Of a DNA stretch of 64,000 nucleotides, positions 40,590 through 51,211 are shown piece by piece. The number at the start of each line of letters is the position of its first letter. The stretch's first letter is position 1. The translations under genes were made by a program, and so were the position numbers. This stretch comes from a bacterium. Lineage in GTDB: Bacteria; Electryoneota; Electryoneia; Electryoneales; Electryoneaceae. Below the pieces are notes generated by a model. That model saw only the letters and a program-made list of their open reading frames with translations, ran no database searches and had not been told where the DNA came from. The stretch lies in assembly GCA_963675295.2 (NCBI GenBank), contig CAXXKJ010000002.1, forward strand, positions 672,001-736,000. The letters run 5' to 3'.

Positions 40590-42014
40590 TCATTTCAGAA
40601 GCACCATCCTTCGCGTAACCTCCGCAGTCCCAATTTCTGCACGCAACAGATAGGTTCCGCTGGTCAGGGAGGAACCGTCCACTGAGAATTGCTGCAACCC
40701 TGCGCCGGCTCGAACGTTCGGCATTGTCCATACAACCCTTCCGAGCGTGTTGACGAGGGTCAGGTTGACCGGGGAGGGGTGTGGCAGGTCGAGCGTGATT
40801 GTGGCTGAGGAGTTGAACGGGTTCGGATAGGTGTGGATGCTAAGCTGTGGTACTTGTTGGTAATGGATCTCTGGAGAATTCGACAGGATAGATTCGTTCT
40901 CGATCCACGACAACGTATTGCCAAGGATGATAAGATCGGGATCTCCATCATTATCAATATCGGCAACATCCATGTACAAAGCTTCATTTGCGTCCTGAAT
41001 CACAGGAGCTACAGTATAATTCATTGAACCATCGTTTATCGCAACATAGGGTGGATTATTGTGCACTGATGCTGCAAGATCGATATTACCATCTAAATCC
41101 CAATCGATAGGCATTATATCACTACAGACACTTTCAAATTCAGGAGCAATAAACTCGGCTTGTTCGAATACGCCATTACTGGTCTGCTCAATCCAGGAAG
41201 CATCTCCGTATGTGTTGTTCCACACACTAGTCTGTATTAAAATGATATCCATATCCTGATCATTGTCTACATCTACAGCTTTGGGTCGTATTCCTGAACT
41301 CATATATATGATCTCTGGATCTTGCGAAGGCAGGTTCATGATTAATTTACAATTTCGAACATATCCAAAGTCGCTTATACCCGTAAATAGATCATATCTC
41401 ATACCCTCATCGATTTTGAACAACGTTGGATCAAGCATATTTTCATAACCTGTATACGTTCCGTACAATCTGGTTCTGCCAACATGACCACCAATTTGTT
41501 GCAAACAGGTATAAAGATAATCTTCATGAAATTCATCCGTGTAATTCCGGGCCACAACAGCAAGATCCAAGTCACCATCGTAATCTAAATCAGCAACATC
41601 CATATACGTATAATTATCCTGACAGCGTACTGGATCAATCTCGGTATAATCATAATCACCATTATTATTTCCTAATAATACAGGTATTCTGGATAAATTA
41701 TTTTCCACTAAGATGTCCAAAAACCCATCACCATTCAAATCCCCGATGGAAACATCATCAACCCACTCATTTGAGCTAAACACATGTTCCTGGAAATGAC
41801 CAGCGCCAGTGTTTTCCCACCACGCAAAATAGGCCGTGTGAGCTACAACGATATCAATATCACCGTCCAGGTCAAGATCGGCGGCATGTACCGAATGGGG
41901 ATATGACGGTAGGTCGAACTCGTGGAGGATATGCTCCACTTGTGACAGGCTTGGGTGCGACAGGAACAGCAGAACAGCGCCCGCGATTCCAAGGGTTGGC
42001 AGGCTTGATTTCAT
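40590..42014 (-). CDS. FG-GAP repeat protein with T9SS CTD (AT-rich core)
   Basis: ATG 42014 after GGAGG; DLDLDGDID-type repeats; 'YPNPFNSSAT...SGTYLLR...RRMVLLK'. Confidence 0.88.
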   Translation of the reverse strand: MKSSLPTLGIAGAVLLFLSHPSLSQVEHILHEFDLPSYPHSVHAADLDLDGDIDIVVAHTAYFAWWENTGAGHFQEHVFSSNEWVDDVSIGDLNGDGFLDILVENNLSRIPVLLGNNNGDYDYTEIDPVRCQDNYTYMDVADLDYDGDLDLAVVARNYTDEFHEDYLYTCLQQIGGHVGRTRLYGTYTGYENMLDPTLFKIDEGMRYDLFTGISDFGYVRNCKLIMNLPSQDPEIIYMSSGIRPKAVDVDNDQDMDIILIQTSVWNNTYGDASWIEQTSNGVFEQAEFIAPEFESVCSDIMPIDWDLDGNIDLAASVHNNPPYVAINDGSMNYTVAPVIQDANEALYMDVADIDNDGDPDLIILGNTLSWIENESILSNSPEIHYQQVPQLSIHTYPNPFNSSATITLDLPHPSPVNLTLVNTLGRVVWTMPNVRAGAGLQQFSVDGSSLTSGTYLLRAEIGTAEVTRRMVLLK

Positions 42015-42307
42015 TATAAATCCCTCCAGATTCGGCGTGACAGGATAAATAGGAAATATATTCACGTCCGCACGAGAATCCTATCCGCGTGCAGCAATTC
42101 GTCAACGTTCAGCCATTCCGACTTTCGTGTTGGATACCTCTTTCGTTGAGCCGTCACGCGAGCGTAGCTTACTTGGCTGGGCGGGCTCGCCTGCGCGGGT
42201 TGTGTGGCGTATGTTCCGCATGCGTGGAGAAGATCCGGATACCCGGGTCACAAGACGACCCGGGCCACCGCGCACTCATTCATTGACAGAGATTGATCCG
42301 TACCGAT

Positions 42308-44113
42308 ATGGCCACCACGAAGAACATTCGCAACTTCTGCATCATCGCGCACATCGACCACGGCAAGTCGACGCTCGCCGATCGTATGCTCGAGACCACC
42401 GCGACCATCCACATCAAGCAGATGAAGGCGCAGATCCTCGACTCGATGGATCTCGAGCAGGAACGCGGGATTACGATCAAGGCGCACGCGATCACGATGA
42501 AACACAAGGCGGAGGATGGTAACGAGTACATCCTGAACCTCGTCGACACGCCGGGACACGTGGACTTCAGCTACGAAGTCAGCCGCAGCCTGGCGGCGGC
42601 GGAAGGCGCGTTGCTGGTCGTTGACGCCGCGCAGGGTGTCGAGGCGCAGACGCTCGCGAACCTGTACCTCGCCATCGATGCCGGTCTCGAACTGATCCCG
42701 GTGATCAACAAGATCGACCTGCCCTCGGCACAGATCGAGAAGGTGACGCATCAGCTCTGCGACCTGATCGGCTGCGATGAAGACGAGGTGATGCTGGTCA
42801 GTGCGAAAACCGGGCACGGTGTGCCGGAACTGCTCGAACGGATTGTCAAGGTCGTCCCGCCACCGCAGGGCGATCCGAATGGCACGTTCCGCGCATTAAT
42901 CTTCGATTCGTTTTACGACAATTACCGTGGCGCGATTGCGTACATCCGTGTTGTGGACGGTGCCATCCGAACCGGCGAACAGATCTATTTCAAGGGGACG
43001 GAGAAGGATTACCAGGTCGACGAACTGGGTGTGCTGCAGCTGAAACGGTTCCCACGGAAGGAACTGACCGTCGGCGAAGTCGGCTACCTGGTCACCGGCT
43101 GCAAGGACATTAAGGACACGCGTGTCGGCGATACCGTGGTCAGCTACGAGCACCGTAAGACGACAGACAGTCTGGCCGGCTACCAGGAACCGAAGCCGAT
43201 GGTGTTCAGCGGCATGTTCCCGACCGACCATGACCATTACGAAGAGCTGCGCGACGCCCTTGACAAACTGGCGCTGAACGATGCTTCGTTGCGCTACGAA
43301 GCCGAAACCTCGACCGCGTTGGGTTTCGGGTTCCGTTTAGGTTTCCTCGGGTTGTTGCACATGGAAATTGTGCAGGAACGGCTCGAACGTGAGTTCGATC
43401 TCAACCTGATCTCGACCGTGCCCAGTGTACGCTTCAAGGTGGTTGACCAGAAGGGGAATGAGCAGTGGTTGAGCAACCCGGTCGACTTCCCCGATCCGAT
43501 GCAGATCGGTCACATCGATGAACCGATTGTCCGTGGGCAGATCATCACGCCGGACGAATATGTCGGCGCGGTGATGGCGCTGGCGCGTGACCGTCGCGGC
43601 GTGTTTGTCTCGCAGGAATACATTGAGGCTGACCGTGTCGATCTGACCTACGATTTCCCGTTGGCGGAAGTGGTGTTCGACTTTTACGACCGCCTGAAGA
43701 GTCAGACCCGTGGCTATGCCAGCTTCGACTACGAATTCCATGGCTACAAGGAAGCGGAATTGGTGCGTCTGGACATCCTCATTAACGGCGATCCGGTGGA
43801 CGCGTTGTCGATGGTCGTACACGAAGACAAGGCGTACGAGTGGGGCCGTCAGGTGGTGGACAAGCTGAAGGATCTGATTCCACGGCAGATGTTCGAGGTG
43901 GCGATCCAGGCGGCGATCAACGGCAAGATCATTGCGCGCAGCACGATCAAGGCGCTGCGCAAGCAGGTGACGGCGAAGTGTTACGGCGGCGACATCACGC
44001 GTAAGCGCAAGTTGCTCGAGAAGCAGAAGGAAGGGAAGAAGCGGATGAAGCAGCTCGGCTCGGTCGAGGTGCCGCAGGAAGCCTTCCTCGCCGTGCTCAA
44101 GGTGGACAACTGA
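42308..44113 (+). CDS. lepA: Elongation factor 4 (LepA)
   Basis: '[20 protein letters not shown]', 'DTPGHVDF', 'NKID', '[25 protein letters not shown]'. Confidence 0.98.
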   Translation: MATTKNIRNFCIIAHIDHGKSTLADRMLETTATIHIKQMKAQILDSMDLEQERGITIKAHAITMKHKAEDGNEYILNLVDTPGHVDFSYEVSRSLAAAEGALLVVDAAQGVEAQTLANLYLAIDAGLELIPVINKIDLPSAQIEKVTHQLCDLIGCDEDEVMLVSAKTGHGVPELLERIVKVVPPPQGDPNGTFRALIFDSFYDNYRGAIAYIRVVDGAIRTGEQIYFKGTEKDYQVDELGVLQLKRFPRKELTVGEVGYLVTGCKDIKDTRVGDTVVSYEHRKTTDSLAGYQEPKPMVFSGMFPTDHDHYEELRDALDKLALNDASLRYEAETSTALGFGFRLGFLGLLHMEIVQERLEREFDLNLISTVPSVRFKVVDQKGNEQWLSNPVDFPDPMQIGHIDEPIVRGQIITPDEYVGAVMALARDRRGVFVSQEYIEADRVDLTYDFPLAEVVFDFYDRLKSQTRGYASFDYEFHGYKEAELVRLDILINGDPVDALSMVVHEDKAYEWGRQVVDKLKDLIPRQMFEVAIQAAINGKIIARSTIKALRKQVTAKCYGGDITRKRKLLEKQKEGKKRMKQLGSVEVPQEAFLAVLKVDN

Positions 44114-44242
44114 TCGGGCTCGCGGGCACACTTAGCCTGAGATAAAAAATATCCACTCGGTAGAGTGGACTTGCATCCATTTTTCATGTAGACTGTTGCG
44201 TTTACAGTGAACACACTGGCATGCAACGGTTACGGCACACTC

Positions 44243-45070
44243 ATGGCGACGAAACAGCAGGGCAGTTCAACGGACACGGAACAAACGATCGTCGACGATA
44301 GCGGCGAACTCAACCTGTGGCAACGGTACCAGCAGTGGTCGCGTCGACGGAAGCTGCGTCAGATCGAGCGCCGGAAGCGGATCGGTCCGGTCCGGGATTG
44401 GATCGAGACGATCATCTCCGTGGTGCTGATCGTGTTCGTGATCCGTGTCGCGGCGGTGGAGGCGTACCGCATCCCCACCGGCTCGATGGAGAACACGTTG
44501 CTGGTTGGTGACTTCCTGCTGGTCAACAAGTTCGTGTACGGTATCCGCACACCGGACTGGCTCGGTGTGCCGTTCACGCCGATCGGATTCAACATCCCCT
44601 ACACCCGTTTCCCGGGAATCCGTGACATCCAGAAGGGCGACATTCTCGTCTTCCGTTATCCCCTTGATCAGCGTGTGAATTACATCAAACGCTGTGTCGC
44701 GGTTGGCGGGCAAACGTTGCAGATCATCGACAAGCAGCTGTATGTCGACGGTGAGTTGCAGCCGTTGCCGCCGGACGGCAAGTTTACCGACCCGTTCACG
44801 TTGCCGAAGGACCTTAAGATGCGGCAGATGCGTCCCCCGGGCGCGGGCAACAAGGACAACTACGGGCCGGTCACGGTTCCCGAAGGGCACCTGTTCATGA
44901 TGGGGGATAATCGTGACAATTCAGCCGACAGCCGGTACTGGGGGTTCCTTGACGAGGACCTTGTGCTCGGCCGGGCGGAGATCATCTACTTCTCCTGGGA
45001 CAAGCTGGCGAACCCGACGAAATTCTGGACGTTGATCCGCTGGGGCCGGATGTTCAGTTTGATTCGGTGA
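44243..45070 (+). CDS. lepB: Signal peptidase I
   Basis: 'IPTGSMENTL..GD', 'YIKR', 'MMGDNRDNSADSRYWG'; follows lepA. Confidence 0.95.
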   Translation: MATKQQGSSTDTEQTIVDDSGELNLWQRYQQWSRRRKLRQIERRKRIGPVRDWIETIISVVLIVFVIRVAAVEAYRIPTGSMENTLLVGDFLLVNKFVYGIRTPDWLGVPFTPIGFNIPYTRFPGIRDIQKGDILVFRYPLDQRVNYIKRCVAVGGQTLQIIDKQLYVDGELQPLPPDGKFTDPFTLPKDLKMRQMRPPGAGNKDNYGPVTVPEGHLFMMGDNRDNSADSRYWGFLDEDLVLGRAEIIYFSWDKLANPTKFWTLIRWGRMFSLIR

Positions 45071-45095
45071 CACGGCCTGCTACTGAAACAACTTC

Positions 45096-45211
45096 CGGGG
45101 ACACTTTGGGGACAAAGTGTCCCCGTTGTTTTTCCTGTCCGTTCCTATCTGTTCCTGTCTTTGCCTATCTTTTGCTTCTGTTGCGTCTTTTGCTTCCCTT
45201 GCATCCGTTGC
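45096..45211. repeat. CGGGGACACTT palindrome plus decamer and 9-mer arrays
   Basis: CGGGGACACTTTG-GGGA-CAAAGTGTCCCCG, then tttcctgtcc gttcctatct gttcctgtct ttgcctatct and TGCNTCYNT-like 9-mers. Confidence 0.85.
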
Positions 45212-45223
45212 TGAGGCACATCC

Positions 45224-46111
45224 ATGAAGAAACTCGGCCGTATCCTGCTCATCGCGTTGAACGTCGTGATCATCGGCTACATCGCGTACGGCACGTACTA
45301 CTACTTCGCGCAGACGGGGATGATTTTCCCGGCGGAGCAGGCGTTGCTGCCGGCGGACGGTGTACGCGAGCAGTATCCGGAGATCCGGGAATTCTGGCCG
45401 GAGGCAGACGGCGACCGGGTGGAGGCGTGGTACCTGCCGCCGACGGGCGGGTGGCCCGGGTTGTCTCGCAACCCGGATATCGCGGACAGCGCCCCGGCAA
45501 GCGGGGTTGCCGGACTACAAGCGCCGCTGCTGGTCGTTGCGCACGGCAACAAGAACGTGATCGACGACTGGCCGGAACAGCTTGATGTCCCACGCGAAGC
45601 GGGCTGGGGCGTGCTGCTGGTGGAATATCCGGGATTTGGCCGGTCGCCGGGTGTGCCGGGTCAGCGTGCGATCACGGCGTTGTACGCGGCGGCGTATGAT
45701 TCGGTGCTCGCGTGGGGCGTGGCGGACACCAGCCGGGTGGTTGCGGTGGGACGGTCGCTCGGAGGCGGGGTGGCGTGCGCGTTTTCGCAGGTGCGCGAGA
45801 CCGATGCCCTGATCCTGATCAGCACCTTCACCAGTGTGCGCTCGTTCGCGGCTGACTATGGGCTGCCGGGGTTTCTCGTCGCGCATCCATTCGACAACGA
45901 AGCGGTACTGCGTGAGTACTCGCACCCGGTGTTGCTGATCCATTCCACTGACGACACCGTTGTCCCATACGACCACGCGTTGGCGTTGACCGCGGCCTGC
46001 GCGACCGACACGCTGATCACTCGCCACAACGATGGCCACGACACGTTGCAGGGTCATTACGACGAGTTCTGGCGTGAGGCGGGGATGGCGTTTCTACGGA
46101 CGATCCGGTAG
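45224..46111 (+). CDS. Alpha/beta hydrolase (ABHD/Bem46-like) with N-terminal membrane anchor
   Basis: 'AHGN', 'EYPGFGRS', nucleophile elbow GRSLGG, 'IHSTDDTVVP', 'GHD'. Confidence 0.9.
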   Translation: MKKLGRILLIALNVVIIGYIAYGTYYYFAQTGMIFPAEQALLPADGVREQYPEIREFWPEADGDRVEAWYLPPTGGWPGLSRNPDIADSAPASGVAGLQAPLLVVAHGNKNVIDDWPEQLDVPREAGWGVLLVEYPGFGRSPGVPGQRAITALYAAAYDSVLAWGVADTSRVVAVGRSLGGGVACAFSQVRETDALILISTFTSVRSFAADYGLPGFLVAHPFDNEAVLREYSHPVLLIHSTDDTVVPYDHALALTAACATDTLITRHNDGHDTLQGHYDEFWREAGMAFLRTIR

Positions 46112-46160
46112 CAAATCATCCGGGCATGAATCCCGGCATCAGAGATTACTGTGCTGATCC

Positions 46161-47561
46161 TTATTCCCCGCCGCCCATTTTGTCGAACTGGAAGGTTTGT
46201 TCGTAGACCGGTTGCCCTTGGTAGAACAACCGCCCGTGCATGAAATAGTTACCCGGCGGTGCGGCGGCGGGTACGGTTTGCGTCAAGCCGGGAATCGAAT
46301 GGTACGCGCCGGGTGCGAGCGTGAACGTCCGCTGGAACACCGGCCCGACCACGGAATGATTCGGCGTAGTGACGTAGGTTTTGTACGTCACATGCGCGAA
46401 CGATTGCGGCAGTTCGTTGAACAGCAGGGCGTCGTAGGTGATCGTGCCGCCGGTGCACGGGACGACAGTATTCACACCGGCGAGGGAATACGTGACTTCG
46501 TTCCACCGCACCGTATCCGGAACGCTGGAAATGGACTCGCCTTCGGGATCGTAGTAGGCCGTGATGCGGTATACGTACTCGCCATATGCTGGAAGCTGGT
46601 CGGTGAAGATGTTGTCTGGTGTTGCGCCGATGTATTCACCATTCCGGTAGATGCGGTACTCGACGAACTCGTCAGTTTCGTTTTGTATGTCATTCTGGAC
46701 GTAGTGATGAATCTCTTCGTTACGCGGTGGAAGTTCATTTGTGGTATTTATCAGGTTTGCTGGCGGATGATTCATCGACCTGCCAGCATCGTCAAGCCAT
46801 GCTGTCACAGGTGTGCCTCGCTGGGGTTCCACAGACCGGTCCTGTAATTGGGCGTATGGAGAACATGTAATTTCATGGTATCGCTCTGTGTTTCCAGCAT
46901 CATTCATAAAACCTATAAAACCTTGGTTGTACAAAGGATTAGTCATAGTATTAACATAAACATCATTGATATAAAAATCAAACGTATTTCCCTGCCCAAC
47001 GACTGTAATTGAATTCGTATCTCCCTCTTCCGTATTAATTAAATCCGTACCCAACCAATATATTATGTCGGTTGGTATTCCGTCTATGTACCTGAATACC
47101 GCATATTGAGGAGGATAAAATCCATATGAAATAATAAATGAATAACCATTGAAATTATCATCTCGAACGCCATTAGAACGAAATATTAATGCTTTAGAAG
47201 ATATACCTGCGACGTTAGTAAGTTTTAATTTACTTTCAAAATCAGTGTAATAATTACTTCCATATATTGCAGATCCCCAATTATCATGTCCGATCCCCGC
47301 TGTAATCTGAACGTATCCATTTTCAATGGTATAGTAGCCGCCACCTTCATAGGGGCCGTATTGCGGTGTCCAGAATTGAAAATCCTGCGCGATACCATCC
47401 TCAAAGTCCTCAATCAAACCTTCTGATGGACTGTCATCCCAGTAAAGTTCGATAATCCCACCCGGTGACAGATTGGATTCAAGGTGATACGGAGGAATCG
47501 CTTGTGTAAAAGCACTATTCGCTAAAAACAGAAATGGGATGGCTAAGAATATATATCGCAT
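46161..47561 (-). CDS. Secreted protein: split FnIII with lectin-like (DUF1080/LamG-like) insert and Ig-like domain; no T9SS CTD
   Basis: Signal peptide; 'PPYHL...IELYW' and 'EYRIYRNG...YRITAYY...ES' FnIII halves; insert with 'ITVVGQGNTFDFYIND...GFIGF'. Confidence 0.75.
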   Translation of the reverse strand: MRYIFLAIPFLFLANSAFTQAIPPYHLESNLSPGGIIELYWDDSPSEGLIEDFEDGIAQDFQFWTPQYGPYEGGGYYTIENGYVQITAGIGHDNWGSAIYGSNYYTDFESKLKLTNVAGISSKALIFRSNGVRDDNFNGYSFIISYGFYPPQYAVFRYIDGIPTDIIYWLGTDLINTEEGDTNSITVVGQGNTFDFYINDVYVNTMTNPLYNQGFIGFMNDAGNTERYHEITCSPYAQLQDRSVEPQRGTPVTAWLDDAGRSMNHPPANLINTTNELPPRNEEIHHYVQNDIQNETDEFVEYRIYRNGEYIGATPDNIFTDQLPAYGEYVYRITAYYDPEGESISSVPDTVRWNEVTYSLAGVNTVVPCTGGTITYDALLFNELPQSFAHVTYKTYVTTPNHSVVGPVFQRTFTLAPGAYHSIPGLTQTVPAAAPPGNYFMHGRLFYQGQPVYEQTFQFDKMGGGE

Positions 47562-47594
47562 GATATCCTCTCAGGCGTTGGGTAAATAACAATA

Positions 47595-47634
47595 AGAAAT
47601 GCAATCCGGCGCCAGATATGGTGCCGGATTGCAT
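47595..47634 (-). terminator. Probable terminator
   Basis: ATGCAATCCGGCGCCA-GATA-TGGTGCCGGATTGCAT followed by TTCTT on the minus strand. Confidence 0.65.
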
Positions 47635-47650
47635 CGTACTATCCCTCAGA

Positions 47651-49547
47651 CTATCGCAACAATGTCAGCTTTCGCACTTCATTCAGTTTGCCGGGTACAC
47701 TAGCGCGGATAAAATACATGCCACTGGCCAGTGCCCTGCCATTAAAGGCAAACTCGTGCCAACCGGCAGAAAACACTCCCTCTGCAATTGTCGTAACAAG
47801 CTGACCTGATATGTTGTACACGTTGACGTTCAGCATGGAAGCTTCCGGAAGCGCGACGGTGAATGTGGATACCGGATTGAACGGATTCGGATACACGCGA
47901 GAAATGCCATATCGTGTCGGTAATTCCGCCGACACTGCCGTTTCAACGGCGCTCGCCATTTCCTGAGATTCTCTGATGGCAAATTTTACGCACTCTGTGA
48001 CCTCTCCGTGTAGCATACTGACCGGTGGGTCCGTCGTTTCATCGTAGACCCTGCGTCCCACACTCACGAAGAACCTGCAAAGACCGCCGTCGGTAAACAA
48101 CGTCCGATCCAAACGCACGGACCCGCTACCCTCATAGTTTCCTGCTCGAGCGCCGAGAACATCCACGGGTGATTGCATGATCACCTCGAAGTCGGGCGTG
48201 ACAATCTTGTACCACGCATACAGTTCATCCTCAGAATCCTCGGCAAGTGTGAAGGAATAATTGTAGTAAAGAGTGTTTCCGTCCGCCAGCGACGTATCCG
48301 CCGTCAAAGTCAACCTGTATTGCGTTGTTTCCAGATCCTCAGTTGATGATTGATCATACATGTAAACAGCCTGACCTATTTGTGGATTTGGATTCCCGGA
48401 ATATGAGGCTGCCAGAACCTCAAGCTCTCTGTCAGCGTCGAAATTATCGACGGCTACTCCTTTAGCTACATTGCAAAGGCCGATGTCCGCCTCGTCCCAG
48501 CCATTTGCAGTGTTGTAAAATACATCGACCTGATTCGCGATCAGACTGGTCGCCACAAAATCCATATCGCCGTCGAAGTCGATATCAACGGGTTCAACAT
48601 CCCGGCACGTGGTGAAATCCGGTTTGATGTCTACTAACGTTGAATCCCAGAGAACTCCACCTAATCCATCTTGGGTTGCGTAGGAAATGAAAATTGCATG
48701 ATGAACACTTGTCGGGTTATCCTGATCACCAGTAAAAGCAATGAGTAGATCATTTAGCTGATTATCGTCCATTCTCTCAACTTTAACAGATCTTGGACTC
48801 AGGAAACCTGTAGAGGTGGTGCGGTGGTAAAGCTTCAAGGTGTCGGCATACGCTCCATTCGCATCACCGTAGTAAATGAAAACTCCTTCATTGTTCAATT
48901 CCTGGAGATCTGTCGTAGTCGCTACGATGTCCATATATCCGTCGAGATTCAGCGTATCCAAGGCTACATCGTAGAAATGAGGTAACGAAGAAATCGTCTG
49001 CGCTGTCCAACTCGTTCCCACGCCATTGTCATTTGTGTACAGGATCAACGCACCCTCTTCTGTAAACCAATTACCATTGATGGTCGCGACAACATCCATA
49101 TCGCCATCACCATCCATGTCAGCAACCGCTGTATTCAATGGTTTGTGCAGATTGTCAGCGATCACATCACCCAAAACCCAGTTGGAGTTAACATCACTGT
49201 ATTTCCACCATGCGATGTAACCCGTATTATCCGCAGAACTGGTTCCAACGATATCCAATGTGCCTGAAGTATCCACATCGGCCAATGTTACTCCGACAGC
49301 CAGGGTACAAGTATCTACCTCTGCGTACGACCATCCGCCCTGTCCATCATAGTTGTACGCGCACAAAATGTAGCCGTCATCCCGCACAGACATCACGGCA
49401 TCAGGAGCTGACGTTCCCATGACATCACCAGAGACCACCTGGATAGGCCTGTACAAGGTGTCCGCAACCACGGATCGGGTCCACGATTGCGCGTTAGTTG
49501 AAGCGACAATTGACGCTAAAAACAAAAAAAAACATGATGTTACGCAT
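47651..49547 (-). pseudogene. FG-GAP repeat protein with T9SS CTD, frameshifted in a T9 tract of the signal peptide (possibly phase-variable)
   Basis: RBS GGGGGAG and ATG 49547 are one base out of frame with ORF 47651-49525; T8 restores MRNIMFFLFLASIVASTNA; DMDGDGDMD repeats; 'YPNPFNP...SGMYFIR...RKLTLLR'. Confidence 0.75.
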
Positions 49548-49773
49548 TATTCTCTCCCCCAATGTTTGCAAAGAACCTTAAACTCATAAATCGAACACAT
49601 CGTTCTGGTGGTAAGAATAAATCATGATTGTTAGCAGAACAACAGAAGAGGATAAACATTTCAAATTCATTCACGGCTCGTCGAGACAGTCTGGCGGGTT
49701 CAGGGGTACAGTGCAGGACACGGGTGCGGGTTTGTTCGCGAAGGGGGAGTAAAACTACCACGTTGCAGATCAG

Positions 49774-50571
49774 TTAAAACACCCACCGTCCGACGCGTTC
49801 GATCCGTGTCTGATGGACGACGGTGCTGTCCTCGATCTCCGGCCCACGGCTGAAGAGGATGAATTCCGCCTTGCCGATTACCAGTTCTTCCGGCAGGAAG
49901 CCCCAGAAGCGGCTGTCGGTGGACGCGTTCCGGTTGTCGCCCATGACGAAATAGTGGCCGTCCGGGACCTGGACCGGGCCGTAGTTGTCACGGTTGCCGG
50001 CGCCGGGTGGGTAGATGGTCGGATCGATCAGGCCGGGCTTGAAGAAGCGGGCGAACTCGAGGTTACTGCACGGCGGCAGCGGGATTTCGACGTCGTTGAC
50101 GTAGACTTGTTTCTGGACAATGTGCACCGTGTCGCCGCCACGGGCGATGACCCGTTTGACGTAGATCTCGCTCGGGTGCAGCGGGTAGCGGAAGACGATC
50201 ACGTCGCCGATCTCCGGCCGTTTGCCCTCAAGCAGAGTGAAGGAACGGACAGTGCGGCCGTAATCGGTGCCGGGAATGCCGACCCAGCGTGGGGTGCGGA
50301 TGCCGTACGCGAGCTTGTTTGCGATGAAGACGTCTCCGACCAGCAGCGTGTTCTTCATCGAACCGCTGGGGACAGTGTAGACGCCGACCACTTCCTGCTG
50401 GACAAAGCCGACACCGAGCAGGACCAGCACGATCACGACCCAGGTGCGCAGCGATTTCAGCACCGGCGGCAGCATCTTCCAGCCGGGGGAATGTGTCCCC
50501 CACGGGCTGAAGAAGCCGGGGTATCCGTCCATCCGTTGCCGCCAACGTTCGCGCAGGGTCATGGGGGTCAC
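49774..50571 (-). CDS. lepB: Signal peptidase I, second paralog
   Basis: 'VPSGSMKNTLLVGD', 'YVKR', 'VMGDNRNASTDSRFWG'; start may be ATG 50562. Confidence 0.92.
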   Translation of the reverse strand: MTPMTLRERWRQRMDGYPGFFSPWGTHSPGWKMLPPVLKSLRTWVVIVLVLLGVGFVQQEVVGVYTVPSGSMKNTLLVGDVFIANKLAYGIRTPRWVGIPGTDYGRTVRSFTLLEGKRPEIGDVIVFRYPLHPSEIYVKRVIARGGDTVHIVQKQVYVNDVEIPLPPCSNLEFARFFKPGLIDPTIYPPGAGNRDNYGPVQVPDGHYFVMGDNRNASTDSRFWGFLPEELVIGKAEFILFSRGPEIEDSTVVHQTRIERVGRWVF

Positions 50572-50682
50572 GTCCGCTCATCCGGGGATCAGGTTTCAAC
50601 GTCTCATGCGGGGATAAAATAACCCGGCGATGAGGGTACGCCGGGTTTGGATCGCAAGTTTCCGAGATTCTCGAGAGGACGC

Positions 50683-51195
50683 TTAATCCGCCTCGAACGC
50701 GCGGGCGTATTTCGCGGCGAAGGCAGCGCGTTTGCGGGCAGGTTCGCGGCGTTGATCGACAAAGGTCAGCGCACCGGTGGTGCAGCCCTGGACGCACGCC
50801 GGATCTTCGCCGGCGGCGAGCCGTTCCGAGCAGAAGTCGCACTTCATGATCTTGTTTTCGGAGTCGATCCGTTGCGGCACCCCCCACGGGCAGGCGTGCA
50901 CGCAGGACGAGCAGCCGATGCACTTTTCCCGGTCGAGCATCACAAGGCCGGTTTCGTCGTCCCGGTACAACGCGCCGGTCGGGCACGCAGCCGCGCACAA
51001 CGGCTTGCAGCAGTGATAGCAGGCCATGAAGACGTGATCCACACGCGGGACGCCGTCCACCATCACCGGCCCGACCTCGACAATTTCGCCCAGGTTCGCG
51101 CCGACCGGAACGTTATGCTCGGTCTTGCAATGGAGTTCGCAGGCATGGCACCCGATGCAACGGTCCAGGTCCTGTATGATCGCGTAACGGCTCAT
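50683..51195 (-). CDS. 4Fe-4S dicluster electron-transfer subunit (PsrB/DmsB/NrfC-like)
   Basis: CIGCHACELHC, CYHC..PLC...CP, CIGCSSCVHACP, KCDFC...PACVQGC. Confidence 0.92.
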   Translation of the reverse strand: MSRYAIIQDLDRCIGCHACELHCKTEHNVPVGANLGEIVEVGPVMVDGVPRVDHVFMACYHCCKPLCAAACPTGALYRDDETGLVMLDREKCIGCSSCVHACPWGVPQRIDSENKIMKCDFCSERLAAGEDPACVQGCTTGALTFVDQRREPARKRAAFAAKYARAFEAD

Positions 51196-51211
51196 GGATG
51201 GGTCTCCGGAA

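Noticed and set aside
40590-49700. Prophage or integrative element explaining the low-GC patches
   Set aside because: No integrase, transposase, phage genes or att-like direct repeats; core genes lepA and lepB lie within the interval
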